IMG/VR virus record: IMGVR_UViG_3300038679_000136
Location: 1-35,588 of that record
DNA from: a virus
Lineage: Duplodnaviria > Caudoviricetes
Direction: 5' to 3' (one strand)
Length of the DNA: 35,588 nucleotides
The notes beneath the pieces were generated by a model, which was not told where the DNA came from, searched no databases, and saw only the letters and a list, made by a program, of their open reading frames with translations. The translations under genes and the position numbers were made by a program. Position 1 is the stretch's first letter. The number at the start of each line of letters is the position of its first letter. Shown one piece after another: positions 17,125 through 26,067 of this stretch.

Positions 17125-18074
17125 GCGAAGCAATCCAACCCCCCTTCCGCGCCGTCGCCGTCCGCCAGGGCGAGTACCCCACCGTCCTCACGGACGACGC
17201 CGGCAAGGAACGCACCGTCGTGCAGGTGGTCGATGCCGAGGCCGTCGCCGCCATCCTCGCGGCCTACGCCGCCGATCCCCGGCCGCTGCTGGTCGACGGC
17301 GACCACAGGGCGGACAAGGGCGGATCCACCGAGGCCTACGCCTGGGCGTCGGAGCTGCGCGGGGAACAGGGCGGCATCTCCGTCCTGCTCGAACCCACGG
17401 ACATCGGCGCGCCCGCCATCGCCACCAAGCGCTACCGCTACCCGTCGCCCGTCTTCGAGCAGGCCGACCTGCAGTGGCTCGACGCCGCGCAGACCCGTGC
17501 CCGCCCGCTGCGGCTGGCCCGGCTGGGCCTGACCAACCTTCCCAACATGGATCTCCCCGCGCTGGTCAACAGCGCAGCCACGCGCGCCGGCCGGGCGCCG
17601 CAACCCACAACCCCCCAAGAAGGTACCCCCAGCATGGACTACAAAGCCAAGCTGCTCGCGGCGCTGGGCCTGCCGGCCGAAGCGACCGACGAGGAGATCG
17701 ACGCCAGGCTCGCCGAGGTGGAGGCCGCCAAGGCCGACGCCGACGCCGACGCCGCCGTCAACGCCGCCGGCATCCCCGACGAGGCCAAGCCCGACGCCAA
17801 AAAGGCCTGCCTTGCCGCCCCCGCGGCGACCAACGCCGTCCTCGGCGCCTTGAAGGCCGCCTGCAACGCCGTTGCAAGCCGGGCCGCCAAGCCCGCACCC
17901 AAGCAGCCGCAGCGCGTGCTGCTCAACTCCGACGGCCGCCAGCCCCGGCCCGGCGCCGCCGACACGGCCCGGCTGCGCCAGGCCGCGCTCAACGCCCACG
18001 CGGCCGCCAACCCCGGCCTGTCCCGCGACGCGGCCTACAACGCCGTCCGCGCCACCCACCCCGAGCTGTTCTAG
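17121..18074 (+). CDS. Prohead protease/scaffold (Mu gp32 I/Z-like); probable internal scaffold start at 17634
   Basis: LLVDGDH, AYAW, YRYPSPVF and GLTNLPN, then MDYKAKLLAALGLPAEATDEEI. Confidence 0.88.
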   Translation: MSEAIQPPFRAVAVRQGEYPTVLTDDAGKERTVVQVVDAEAVAAILAAYAADPRPLLVDGDHRADKGGSTEAYAWASELRGEQGGISVLLEPTDIGAPAIATKRYRYPSPVFEQADLQWLDAAQTRARPLRLARLGLTNLPNMDLPALVNSAATRAGRAPQPTTPQEGTPSMDYKAKLLAALGLPAEATDEEIDARLAEVEAAKADADADAAVNAAGIPDEAKPDAKKACLAAPAATNAVLGALKAACNAVASRAAKPAPKQPQRVLLNSDGRQPRPGAADTARLRQAALNAHAAANPGLSRDAAYNAVRATHPELF

Positions 18075-18090
18075 CCCCATCCGCTAGCGC

Positions 18091-18117
18091 AGTCCCGCAA
18101 TCCCGCAATCCCGCAAT
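18091..18117 (+). repeat. Octamer variant of family B repeat
   Basis: AGTCCCGC AATCCCGC AATCCCGC AAT, intergenic. Confidence 0.7.
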
Positions 18118-18128
18118 AGGAAGTTCCC

Positions 18129-18473
18129 ATGTCCAATCGCATCATCGCGGCCACCATGGCCGGAGACCTCGCGGCCGTCAAGGGCCGCTTCGTCAAGCTG
18201 ACGGCCGGCGCCGTCGTGCTCTGCACCGACAACCTCGACGTCGCCATCGGCGTCGTGGACCACGTCGTGCCCGGCACGCAGAACGTCGGCGTCGCCCTCA
18301 AGGGCGCGCAGACCGAGGTCCTCGTGGACGGCACCGTCAAGCGCCTCGCGCTCGGCACGATCGACACGAGCAACGACACCACCCAGTACGACGGCACCGC
18401 CGACACGCAGAAGCTCTGCCAGTTCCTGGCGGACGGCGCGGACGGCGAGTACGTCCCGGCCATCGTCCTCTAG
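18129..18473 (+). CDS. Capsid decoration/cement protein
   Basis: 114 aa, beta-rich, between scaffold and capsid genes. Confidence 0.65.
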   Translation: MSNRIIAATMAGDLAAVKGRFVKLTAGAVVLCTDNLDVAIGVVDHVVPGTQNVGVALKGAQTEVLVDGTVKRLALGTIDTSNDTTQYDGTADTQKLCQFLADGADGEYVPAIVL

Positions 18474-18521
18474 CCGCCCCGCGCGGCCCCACCGACAACA
18501 CCGCCAGAAAGGCACGCATCC

Positions 18522-19454
18522 ATGCCCGCAAACCCCAGCTTGGTTCTCAACGACGGCCTCACCCAGTACGCGCAGTTCATCGCGCCGGACTGGAAGAAGG
18601 TCATGCAGGAGGCGCTCGGTCTCGCCCCGGTCGTCCCGACCGGCGCGATGGCCGGCCGCTACGCGAAGTTCAACAACCGCCAGGCGTTCCTGGTCCCCGA
18701 CGCCCGCCGCGCAAGCGGCGGCGAGACGCAGACCGCGCAGTTCGCCGGCGAGATGGTGGACTTCATCCTCGACCCCAACGCGCTGCGCATCCCCATCGAC
18801 CAGGAGATCGAGGTGCCCCTCGCGGGCGAAACCTCCACGCTCCTGGAGCAGGCAAAAACGCGCACGCTGCTCTCGCAGAGCGGCAACGCGTTCGCCGTCT
18901 CGGTGTTCGACACGGTCCTCGCCGCCGTCGCCGCCAAGGCCGGCAAGGGCGCGTGGGGCGACGCCTCCAAGGACCCCCTCGCGGAGCTGGAGGAGGCGTT
19001 CGACGAGATCGAGTCCAAGACGGGCCTGACGCCCAACGTCATCTCGATCAGCAAGCCCATGTGGCGGCTCTTGAAGCAGCACCCCAAGACGCTCGCCCGC
19101 TTCCCCGGCAAGTCGGCCGCCATCACGGCGCAGCTCGTGGCCGAGGAAATCGGCGACGGCGACCTCGCGATCGAGATCGTGTCCGGGCGCGGCTTCCGCT
19201 CCGCCAACATCGGCACCAAGGCGGCGACGACCACGCCCTTCATGGGCAACAGCGTCCTGGTCCACTACCGGGACGCGATGCCGACGCAGTTCTCTCCGGG
19301 CTTCGCCGCCACGCTGGCCATGGACTCCAACATGCTGGAAGGCATCTACGAGTACATGTCCGACGACGGGACCACCAAGTTCCTGCGCACCAAGTGGCGC
19401 GTGAAGACCGTCGTCCAGTCCGCGCTGCTCTGCTACCGCATCGACCTGACCTAA
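18522..19454 (+). CDS. Major capsid protein
   Basis: 310 aa in capsid position. W.D...DPLAEL...I...TGLTPNVI.I....W..L..HP resembles lambda E-type capsids. Confidence 0.8.
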   Translation: MPANPSLVLNDGLTQYAQFIAPDWKKVMQEALGLAPVVPTGAMAGRYAKFNNRQAFLVPDARRASGGETQTAQFAGEMVDFILDPNALRIPIDQEIEVPLAGETSTLLEQAKTRTLLSQSGNAFAVSVFDTVLAAVAAKAGKGAWGDASKDPLAELEEAFDEIESKTGLTPNVISISKPMWRLLKQHPKTLARFPGKSAAITAQLVAEEIGDGDLAIEIVSGRGFRSANIGTKAATTTPFMGNSVLVHYRDAMPTQFSPGFAATLAMDSNMLEGIYEYMSDDGTTKFLRTKWRVKTVVQSALLCYRIDLT

Positions 19455-19536
19455 CCGCCGCCCGGCACCGTCCGCGGCGGACGCAAGCCCGCCGCGGACG
19501 AACCCGAGCCAACACCCACCAAGGAACACGCAGCCC

Positions 19537-19965
19537 ATGAAGAAGTTCTTGCTCCGCATCCAGACGCCCGCCGTCGCCGTCGCCATCCTGGCGATCTTCG
19601 CCTGCGCGCCGTCCGCCACCGCCCAGTCCGTGCCCCAGCGCGAAGTGGTCGACGTGGCCGTCAACGCCACCACGACCTGGACGATCCCGCACTACGCCAA
19701 CGCGCGGATCCTCAGCGTCCAGCAGCTCAGCGCCGCGACCAACGGCGTCGCGATCACGGACGCCACGATCCAAGTCAAGCACCTGCTGATGGCCGGCACG
19801 AACACGCTGGCCACCAACACGCTGCTCGCCGCGGGGACCAACGCCGTCGTCTACGCGGGGTCCGCCCTGCCCGCCGCGTACGCCATCCCCGGCGACCAGG
19901 TCACCGTCAAGCTCTCCAACACGAACGCCGCCGGCAAGGTGGCCGTCGTCATCGGAGGCTATTAG
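19537..19965 (+). CDS. Signal-peptide-bearing beta-rich late protein
   Basis: MKK...AVAVAILAIFACAPSATA|Q, directly after the capsid gene. Confidence 0.7.
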   Translation: MKKFLLRIQTPAVAVAILAIFACAPSATAQSVPQREVVDVAVNATTTWTIPHYANARILSVQQLSAATNGVAITDATIQVKHLLMAGTNTLATNTLLAAGTNAVVYAGSALPAAYAIPGDQVTVKLSNTNAAGKVAVVIGGY

Positions 19966-19967
19966 GC

Positions 19968-20411
19968 ATGGCCTGGCGCGCGTTGACCGAGGCCGACATC
20001 CGCTCCGTGCTGTCCGACTCCGAGATGGCCGCGCTCTCGCGCGCCGCCGGTCCGGACGGCGCCTCGGAGCGGATCGCCGCCCAGGTCGAGGCCGTCGTCG
20101 GCACGGTCCGGGGGCATGTCGCGGCCAACCCGCGCAACGCCCTCGGCCCCGCCGGCACGGTCCCGGACACGCTGCGCCAGGCCGCCCTCGCCATCCTCGC
20201 GGTGGACATCCCCGCCCAGATGGCCGGCCTCAATCTCGACCCCAAGGGCGTGCGCAAGGACGCCAAGCGCGACGCGCTCGCGCTCTTGCGGTCGGTGGCC
20301 GACAACAAGTTCGACATCGGGGAAGGCGCGGCCTCGTCCGCGCCCACCCCCCCCACGGCCTACGCCAAGCCGCGGGTCTCCACCCGCGACCGCCTGAAGG
20401 GGGTGCTGTGA
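19968..20411 (+). CDS. Head-tail adaptor (Mu gp36/DUF1320-like)
   Basis: TVPDTLRQAALAI...DALALLRSVADNKFDI and synteny. Confidence 0.7.
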   Translation: MAWRALTEADIRSVLSDSEMAALSRAAGPDGASERIAAQVEAVVGTVRGHVAANPRNALGPAGTVPDTLRQAALAILAVDIPAQMAGLNLDPKGVRKDAKRDALALLRSVADNKFDIGEGAASSAPTPPTAYAKPRVSTRDRLKGVL

Positions 20412-20821
20412 TGGGCGCCCTGACGGACCTCCAGCGCGCCGCGGCGGCCATCCTGGTTCAGGACGAGCAGCTCTCCGCCCCCGGCATCGTCGTCGTTTGC
20501 GTGGACAAGGCGTCCGCGCTGGCCGAGGTGATCGCCGCGATGGCGGGCGCCGGCATCCTGATCGCCGTCGGTCCCCCCGCCGCGCCCACGCCCCCCTGCG
20601 CCTACGCCAAGCCGCGCGTCTCCACCCGCGACCGCCTGAAGGGGGTGCTGTGATGGGCGCCCTGACGGACCTCCAGCGCGCCGCGACCGCCCTTCTGCGG
20701 GCGGACGAGCTGCTCCGCAACCCCGGCGTCGCGATCCTCGCCGTGGACAAGGGCGACGCGCTGCTCGCCGCCCTGGAGGCCATGGGCGCGGCCGGCATCC
20801 TGATCGCGGTGGGTCCCCCCA
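20338..20821 (+). repeat. 242-bp imperfect tandem duplication across a gene junction
   Basis: Units about 20338-20579 and 20580-20821, with near-identical ends and a diverged, indel-free middle. Confidence 0.9.
20411..20653 (+). CDS. Chimeric 80-aa ORF created by the duplication
   Basis: N-terminus parallels 20653-21126 and C-terminus (AYAKPRVSTRDRLKGVL) equals that of the gp36-like gene. Confidence 0.55.
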   Translation: MGALTDLQRAAAAILVQDEQLSAPGIVVVCVDKASALAEVIAAMAGAGILIAVGPPAAPTPPCAYAKPRVSTRDRLKGVL

Positions 20822-21126
20822 GCGCCACGTTCCGGGGGGACAGCTCCGTCGGCCCCGTCGCGGACGGCGGAGTCCGCCTCGCCGTGCAGGTCAGCGAGCC
20901 GGCCGGATCCGGTCGCGACCAGGCGCTGCCTTCCGCGATCGACGTGGCCGAGCGCGTCGCCTGGCTGCTGCACAACGCCAACCACGAAGGCGAAGCGGAC
21001 GGACCCGCGCTCGCCGTCGACAGCGTCTCGCCCGTACCGGACGAAAGCGCCGTCGTGTACTCCGTCCTCTGCCGCGCCACCGTCGCCCTGACCGGAGACT
21101 TCTCCGAACCGGAACCGCAACCATGA
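20653..21126 (+). CDS. Tail terminator/neck protein (Mu gp37-like position)
   Basis: 157 aa between adaptor and tail tube, with a TGATG overlap. Confidence 0.6.
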   Translation: MGALTDLQRAATALLRADELLRNPGVAILAVDKGDALLAALEAMGAAGILIAVGPPSATFRGDSSVGPVADGGVRLAVQVSEPAGSGRDQALPSAIDVAERVAWLLHNANHEGEADGPALAVDSVSPVPDESAVVYSVLCRATVALTGDFSEPEPQP

Positions 21127-21239
21127 ACCACGACACTCCTTTGGCTATCGTCTTGGCCCCCGAATCCGCGCACGTCCTCGCCGCTCTCGCCCGCCGCTGG
21201 CGCGCTAGCCGCCGCCTCCAAATCCGCCGCGCAGCCTGA
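21123..21239 (+). CDS. 38-aa basic peptide (absent from the ORF track)
   Basis: ATGA overlap. MNHDTPLAIVLAPESAHVLAALARRWRASRRLQIRRAA. Confidence 0.35.
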   Translation: MNHDTPLAIVLAPESAHVLAALARRWRASRRLQIRRAA

Positions 21240-21240
21240 C

Positions 21241-21275
21241 TTCATCCCCAAATCAGCAATCCGCAATCATCGATC
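21241..21275 (+). repeat. Heptamer tandem repeat, family B (with one family A unit)
   Basis: TTCATCC CCA AATCAGC AATCCGC AATCATC GATC before the tail tube gene. Confidence 0.65.
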
Positions 21276-21287
21276 GGAGTAATCCCC

Positions 21288-22241
21288 ATGGCTCCTCCCC
21301 AACGATCCTCTTTAGTGCGCGGCCCCGGTGCCGTTCTTGTCGGCTCCGTCTGCGTGCACGACGCCGGCGGAATCGAGTCCGAGCTTCTGGTTGCCTCCGA
21401 AGAAGTCCAGTCGTCGCTGCACGGATCCGTCGAGCGGTTCATCAGCTCCCGATCCGGGACGACGACGCTCACCCCCACCGGCGAAATCAGCGCTGGCCTG
21501 GTATCGCTGCTGTGCCCGTGGCAGAGTCCTGACATCGGCGCATCTCTGTTCGGCGCGACCGACGTCGCCACGGTCATCCACAGCAAGGCCGGCGTCAAGT
21601 GCACATGGACGGCCACCGCCGTCGTCGGAGCCCCCGTGCTCCGCATGTCGGCGGCCCGAACCCATTTCAGCGGTCCACTCCAACTGCGGCATATGATCGG
21701 CTCCGGTTTGGACCCCCACGCAGCCAATGCGTTGGTCAAAGTGGAGTCCGCCGCCTATGTCGCCGCCACCTACCCGTTCGACGCGCGCACGATCAAGGCC
21801 GGCCCTGTCGTCGCCACGCACAACAGCGTCACGATCTCCACACAGGACGGCTGGGCTGTGGCCCCCTCCGCGCAAATCACCCCGGAATCTGTCGACGAAG
21901 CGGGCGAATACGACCTCGTGCTGCAGGGCGCCGCGTGCGTCGCCACCTGCACCCCGATGGGCATGTCCGAGGCCGCGCTCAAGACGCTGGTCAACCCCGA
22001 GCGGGCGCAGGGCGCCACGGTCCGCAGCGGGCACAACCTCGTCCTCACCCAGGCCGCGTCCGGACTCGTCGTCACCCTCTACGACGTCTCCGTCCTCGCC
22101 GGTCCCCTGCGCTGGGGCTCCGTCTCGATCCGCACCGGCCAGCTTGCCTTCGCGGCCAACCGCGTCCTGACGGCCGGCGTCCCCGGCGCCCTCTACAACG
22201 TCGCCTGGACCGATCCCGACACCCCGCCCGAGGAGCCGTGA
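21288..22241 (+). CDS. Probable major tail tube protein
   Basis: 317 aa, Thr/Val/Gly beta-rich, after the neck genes. Called by position only. Confidence 0.55.
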   Translation: MAPPQRSSLVRGPGAVLVGSVCVHDAGGIESELLVASEEVQSSLHGSVERFISSRSGTTTLTPTGEISAGLVSLLCPWQSPDIGASLFGATDVATVIHSKAGVKCTWTATAVVGAPVLRMSAARTHFSGPLQLRHMIGSGLDPHAANALVKVESAAYVAATYPFDARTIKAGPVVATHNSVTISTQDGWAVAPSAQITPESVDEAGEYDLVLQGAACVATCTPMGMSEAALKTLVNPERAQGATVRSGHNLVLTQAASGLVVTLYDVSVLAGPLRWGSVSIRTGQLAFAANRVLTAGVPGALYNVAWTDPDTPPEEP

Positions 22242-22252
22242 CCGTCGGCCGC

Positions 22253-22281
22253 AATCCGCAATCCGCGATCTGCAATCTAAA
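22253..22281 (+). repeat. Heptamer tandem repeat, family B
   Basis: AATCCGC AATCCGC GATCTGC AATCTAA abutting ATG 22282. Confidence 0.8.
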
Positions 22282-22674
22282 ATGACGATCACCTGGCCAA
22301 CCTCCGCGACGACCATCTGCCACGGCGCCACGCGCACCGTGGGGCAGGCGGCCGGCCCCGCGTCGCTCGACATCGACGTGGCGCCCGGCCTCCGCCGCCG
22401 CGCGTACCTGGAAGCGCCCGGCGTCGCGTACGAGCATGCCGGCAACGACGAGTGCGTCGTCGCCTTCCGCGTCCGCGTCGCATGCGCCAACGCCAGCGCC
22501 GCCGCGGCGCTCGCCGTCTCCGTCGCCGCGGACACCGCCCGCGTCGGCGCCCTCGGCATCGGCGGGCTCACCCTCGCCGACGCCGGCCTGCGCCGCTGCC
22601 GCCCCGTCGTCCAGGGGCTGGCCGTGCTGATCGACTACCAGTTCGCCGGCTACGCCACCCCCACCCCCGTCTAG
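22282..22674 (+). CDS. Hypothetical tail protein (possibly distal-tail/tube fold)
   Basis: 130 aa with a mixed beta-alpha-beta pattern, in tail position. Confidence 0.5.
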   Translation: MTITWPTSATTICHGATRTVGQAAGPASLDIDVAPGLRRRAYLEAPGVAYEHAGNDECVVAFRVRVACANASAAAALAVSVAADTARVGALGIGGLTLADAGLRRCRPVVQGLAVLIDYQFAGYATPTPV

Positions 22675-22685
22675 GAGGATGCCCC

Positions 22686-23975
22686 ATGCGCCGCGCAGCA
22701 ACCCTCGTCGCCGCCCTTATCCTTTTGCCTTCGTCCTTTTGCCTTTCTTCCCCTCCCGCGTTGCGATGGACGGCGGACGTGGCGCGCCCCGCCCCCGCCG
22801 AGTGGACCCTGCTGCGCGGCGAGACCCGCCTGCTGCAGCCCACCGTGCAAGAGGGCCGCACGCCCCTTGCATGGCCGTCCAACACCGTCGCCACGCTCTA
22901 CTGGCAGACCAACGGGATGGCCGCCGCCTGGTGGACGGTCCCCGCCTCGCTCGGCGCGTCCGCCGGCCAGCTCGGCGCCGTGTGGTCCGCAACCAACGAC
23001 GTCGGCGCGTCGGCCTACGCGTTCTTCCTCGGCGCGGAGACTCCGGACGGCCGCACCTACAGCGCCCACGGCACCATCCGCTACCGCCACGGCCCCGGCG
23101 CGACGCCCAACGCGCTGCCGCTGCCCGTGGCCCGGCTGGACTTCGCCGCGCTGTCCGTGACCAACGCGCCGTGGGCCACGCCGGCCGCCCTGCATTCGGC
23201 CAGCAACGCGCTTGCGGAGGCCCTGCAGGACGCCGTCGCGCCCCTGTCCACGACGCAGGACCTGGCAGAGGCCATCGCGGCGATTCCCGAGGGCGTCACT
23301 CCTGGGCAGGTCGCCGCCGCGCTGACCAATGCCCACGACTACGCGGACGCCGCGGCGTCCAACGCGGTCGCGGCGGCGGCATCCGACCGACACGCATGGT
23401 CCGCGACCGGCGCCGTCATGCGCGCGACGGAGGCCGCCAGGCTGCGCGACGGCGACGGCGGCGTGGAGTGGGACGGGGGGACGAACTGGTGGACCGTCGC
23501 GATGACGGACGAGACGGTCGCCGTCGTGACGGCCGCCGACATCGAACCGGGGACGTCGGGGCCGTCGGAGGGCACCACGTTCTCCGCGTGGGAGTGGGAC
23601 GATCCGAGCGCCACGTGGACGAGCACGGCCGGGACCTCGCCGTGGTACATGCAGTTGGCCGGATCGCCGGACGATGTGTTGCTGGCCACTAATCCGGTGG
23701 TGCAGACCGCCGAAATACTGCCCGATCCGCCAGGCTATTTCGTCTCGGCGGGATCGTTGCCTATCGTGCTGGAAGACATGAACGGCAGCGCGTCGACGAT
23801 CTCGGTGCAGTGGAGGCAGGTGGCGGTGCGCGCGCCTCTGGCAACTATGCCCTACGTCGACGCGCGAGTCGCCGCCGCCTCGTGGCCCAGCATGGACGTC
23901 GCCACCAACCTGACGTGGACCACGACGATCAGCAACGGCCACTACATCGCCGTGGGAACCCCGGTGTCTCCATGA
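22686..23975 (+). CDS. Signal-peptide-bearing fibre/baseplate-like protein (429 aa)
   Basis: AGGAGG RBS and MRRAATLVAALILLPSSFCLS leader. LLRGETRLL recalls BppU-type N-termini, followed by a helical stalk and LATMPYVD fibre-like motif. Confidence 0.6.
   Translation: MRRAATLVAALILLPSSFCLSSPPALRWTADVARPAPAEWTLLRGETRLLQPTVQEGRTPLAWPSNTVATLYWQTNGMAAAWWTVPASLGASAGQLGAVWSATNDVGASAYAFFLGAETPDGRTYSAHGTIRYRHGPGATPNALPLPVARLDFAALSVTNAPWATPAALHSASNALAEALQDAVAPLSTTQDLAEAIAAIPEGVTPGQVAAALTNAHDYADAAASNAVAAAASDRHAWSATGAVMRATEAARLRDGDGGVEWDGGTNWWTVAMTDETVAVVTAADIEPGTSGPSEGTTFSAWEWDDPSATWTSTAGTSPWYMQLAGSPDDVLLATNPVVQTAEILPDPPGYFVSAGSLPIVLEDMNGSASTISVQWRQVAVRAPLATMPYVDARVAAASWPSMDVATNLTWTTTISNGHYIAVGTPVSP
22716..22750 (+). 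repeat. Heptamer tandem repeat, family A, inside a signal-peptide coding region
   Basis: CTTATCC TTTTGCC TTCGTCC TTTTGCC TTTCTTC encodes LILLPSSFCLSS. Confidence 0.8.
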
Positions 23976-24712
23976 AGTACTTTCTCCCCCTCGCCATCCT
24001 CGCGGCGCTGTCCGCGCCCTGCCGCGCGCAGGTCGTCATGGATTTCCTGACCGTCGACCAGAACGGCGTAATCTCCCCGGCCGGGGCGGTCTCGACCATC
24101 GACTCGCTCGCGTCGGTGGCCGCGTCCAACGTGGCCACCGCCGTGCAGCTGGAGATCGTGGCGGCGACGACGGCGTCCGTCGCCGCGATGGTGTCCAACG
24201 TGACCGCCACGGTCGACGCGCTGGAGGGCGTGATGTACTGGGACGGATTCGTCCTGGACTACGGCGTCTCCGAGAGCGTGGCGGACACCAACTACGTTTC
24301 CCGCATCCTGCGGTTCGACCCCGCCGTCAGCAACGACGCGGGGTTCGTCTACTCCGACGTGTACTCCTATTTCTCGACGGTGCCGGAGGATCTGCCCGTC
24401 ATCCGGTTCGCCTCGTCGCCGGACCGCGACGGGACATGGGACGAGGCCGCGCTGGCGGGGATCGCCGAGGACGAGGTGCTCGTCGGCGAAACCCTCTTCG
24501 AGTGCTTCCGCATGACGGTGGCGCACCCGCTCGCCTACACGTCGGCGTTCTTCCGCGTGGTGTCCGCGACCGTCTACAGCGACGCCGGCGCATTCCTGCC
24601 CGTGGAGAACGGCATCTCGCCGGGGGGGCGCGTCCCGCTGACCGGGACGTTCGCGGCCGGCACCAACGGCTTCACCTACGTGGGGGGGCTGCGTGTCAAC
24701 CCTGCCGAATAG
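23972..24712 (+). CDS. Signal-peptide-bearing late protein (246 aa)
   Basis: MKYFLPLAILAALSAPCRA|Q with an ATGA overlap. Confidence 0.75.
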   Translation: MKYFLPLAILAALSAPCRAQVVMDFLTVDQNGVISPAGAVSTIDSLASVAASNVATAVQLEIVAATTASVAAMVSNVTATVDALEGVMYWDGFVLDYGVSESVADTNYVSRILRFDPAVSNDAGFVYSDVYSYFSTVPEDLPVIRFASSPDRDGTWDEAALAGIAEDEVLVGETLFECFRMTVAHPLAYTSAFFRVVSATVYSDAGAFLPVENGISPGGRVPLTGTFAAGTNGFTYVGGLRVNPAE

Positions 24713-25613
24713 CGTCGCGGGCGCGGCCCTCGCGGCCCTGGTCCCCCTGGCGGTCCTGCTGATCGCGGCCGCCAAGTGCGGCGCGCGGCGCAGGGCGCTG
24801 CGCGGCGCGACCCACTGGCAGCGGGCGCTGGCGCTGGCCGCGTTCGCGGTCGTCGCCTCGTACGGCGGGGACAAGGGCGGCCCCGCGGTCCCCCCGCGCG
24901 CGGTGCAGTTGCTGACGGTGCTCCGGGACGGCACGCTCAAGGACCGGTCGGGCCGCGTCGCGAGCGGCGCGGCGGAGGCCGCGGTCGCGGCGTTCGGGGA
25001 ACAGACCGCGGCGCTGGCCGCCGCCGCCGCGGAGGTCGCCGGGCGGGCGCAGGCGGACTGCGACGCGCTCGTGGCCCGCATGGCGACCAACGACTACTCG
25101 GTCGCCTACGTGCGGATGGAGCTGCCGCGCGGCACGTCCGTCGTAAGCAACCACAACATCATGGTCACCTGCGAGCGCACCGAACGCACGGCGAGCGACA
25201 CGGTCGACCGGCTCGTGTGGTTCAGCGCCCCGCCGACCACCAACGTCGTGGTCCACGCGCGCTACCGCACGTCCGGCGGGCACGTCGGCACGCTGGCCCC
25301 GTCGACGAACTTCTGGCCGGCCACCGAGACGGTCGGAGGGGTGGAGTGCGTGCGCTACCGCTACGAGTTGCCGGCGGACGTCCGCGCGTACGCCCTGGTC
25401 CCCTCCTACGAGGTGGCGTTCGGCGGCCCGGAGCCGGGGCAGTACGTGTCCGTTCCGGAGAGCGGCGTCACGGTGCGGGTCGGGGCGGCCGAGCACCTGC
25501 CGTTCACGGGATGGGACGACTACGGGGACGGAGTTCGCGTACGAAGCGTCGGCGGCGTCGCCGTCGCCATCGAAATCGCCGGGACAACCTACGAGGGAGT
25601 GAATCCGCTATGA
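24693..25613 (+). CDS. Membrane-anchored late protein (two N-terminal hydrophobic segments ending in YGGDK)
   Basis: Two hydrophobic helices separated by a basic loop, then a helical stalk and beta-rich domain. Confidence 0.7.
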   Translation: MSTLPNSVAGAALAALVPLAVLLIAAAKCGARRRALRGATHWQRALALAAFAVVASYGGDKGGPAVPPRAVQLLTVLRDGTLKDRSGRVASGAAEAAVAAFGEQTAALAAAAAEVAGRAQADCDALVARMATNDYSVAYVRMELPRGTSVVSNHNIMVTCERTERTASDTVDRLVWFSAPPTTNVVVHARYRTSGGHVGTLAPSTNFWPATETVGGVECVRYRYELPADVRAYALVPSYEVAFGGPEPGQYVSVPESGVTVRVGAAEHLPFTGWDDYGDGVRVRSVGGVAVAIEIAGTTYEGVNPL

Positions 25614-26065
25614 GGACGATGATCGCAGCCCTGTTGGCCGTCGCGGCGCTGTCCGCACCCTGCCGCGCCGACAAGCCGGCCGAGCCCGGCAGCCAGCCCG
25701 GCAAGGCGGAGATGAAGCGGTCGCCGAAGGTGGCGTCGCGCAGGATCGCGGGCGAGACCGTGCAGACGGTCTACGCGGACGGGACGACGGAAACGAAGCC
25801 GATCAAGCGCGTCGCGATGCCCGCCGGGGCGCACGCGGCCGTGCGCATGCTGGTCGCCCGCAAGGCTCTCTGCGACGCCGTGTTCGCGGCCGCCGATCTC
25901 GGCGCGGACGCGGGGCCGGACGCGCAGGCCGCCGCCTTGGGGGCCGCGGCCAAACAGGCCGGCAAAAAGGGCTCGGACTTGAACGACATCCTCAAGGGCG
26001 TCGGACTCCTCGCGGCGGGTGCCGCGGCGGGCGCCGCCGCGAACAACAAACCGAAAGCAGGCTAA
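25610..26065 (+). CDS. Signal-peptide-bearing protein with C-terminal Gly/Ala hydrophobic segment
   Basis: MRTMIAALLAVAALSAPCRA|D ... GVGLLAAGAAAGAAA. Confidence 0.7.
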   Translation: MRTMIAALLAVAALSAPCRADKPAEPGSQPGKAEMKRSPKVASRRIAGETVQTVYADGTTETKPIKRVAMPAGAHAAVRMLVARKALCDAVFAAADLGADAGPDAQAAALGAAAKQAGKKGSDLNDILKGVGLLAAGAAAGAAANNKPKAG

Positions 26066-26067
26066 CC

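Noticed and set aside
20338-20821. DGR template/variable repeat pair
   Set aside because: Differences are not confined to adenines and there is no reverse transcriptase in the window.
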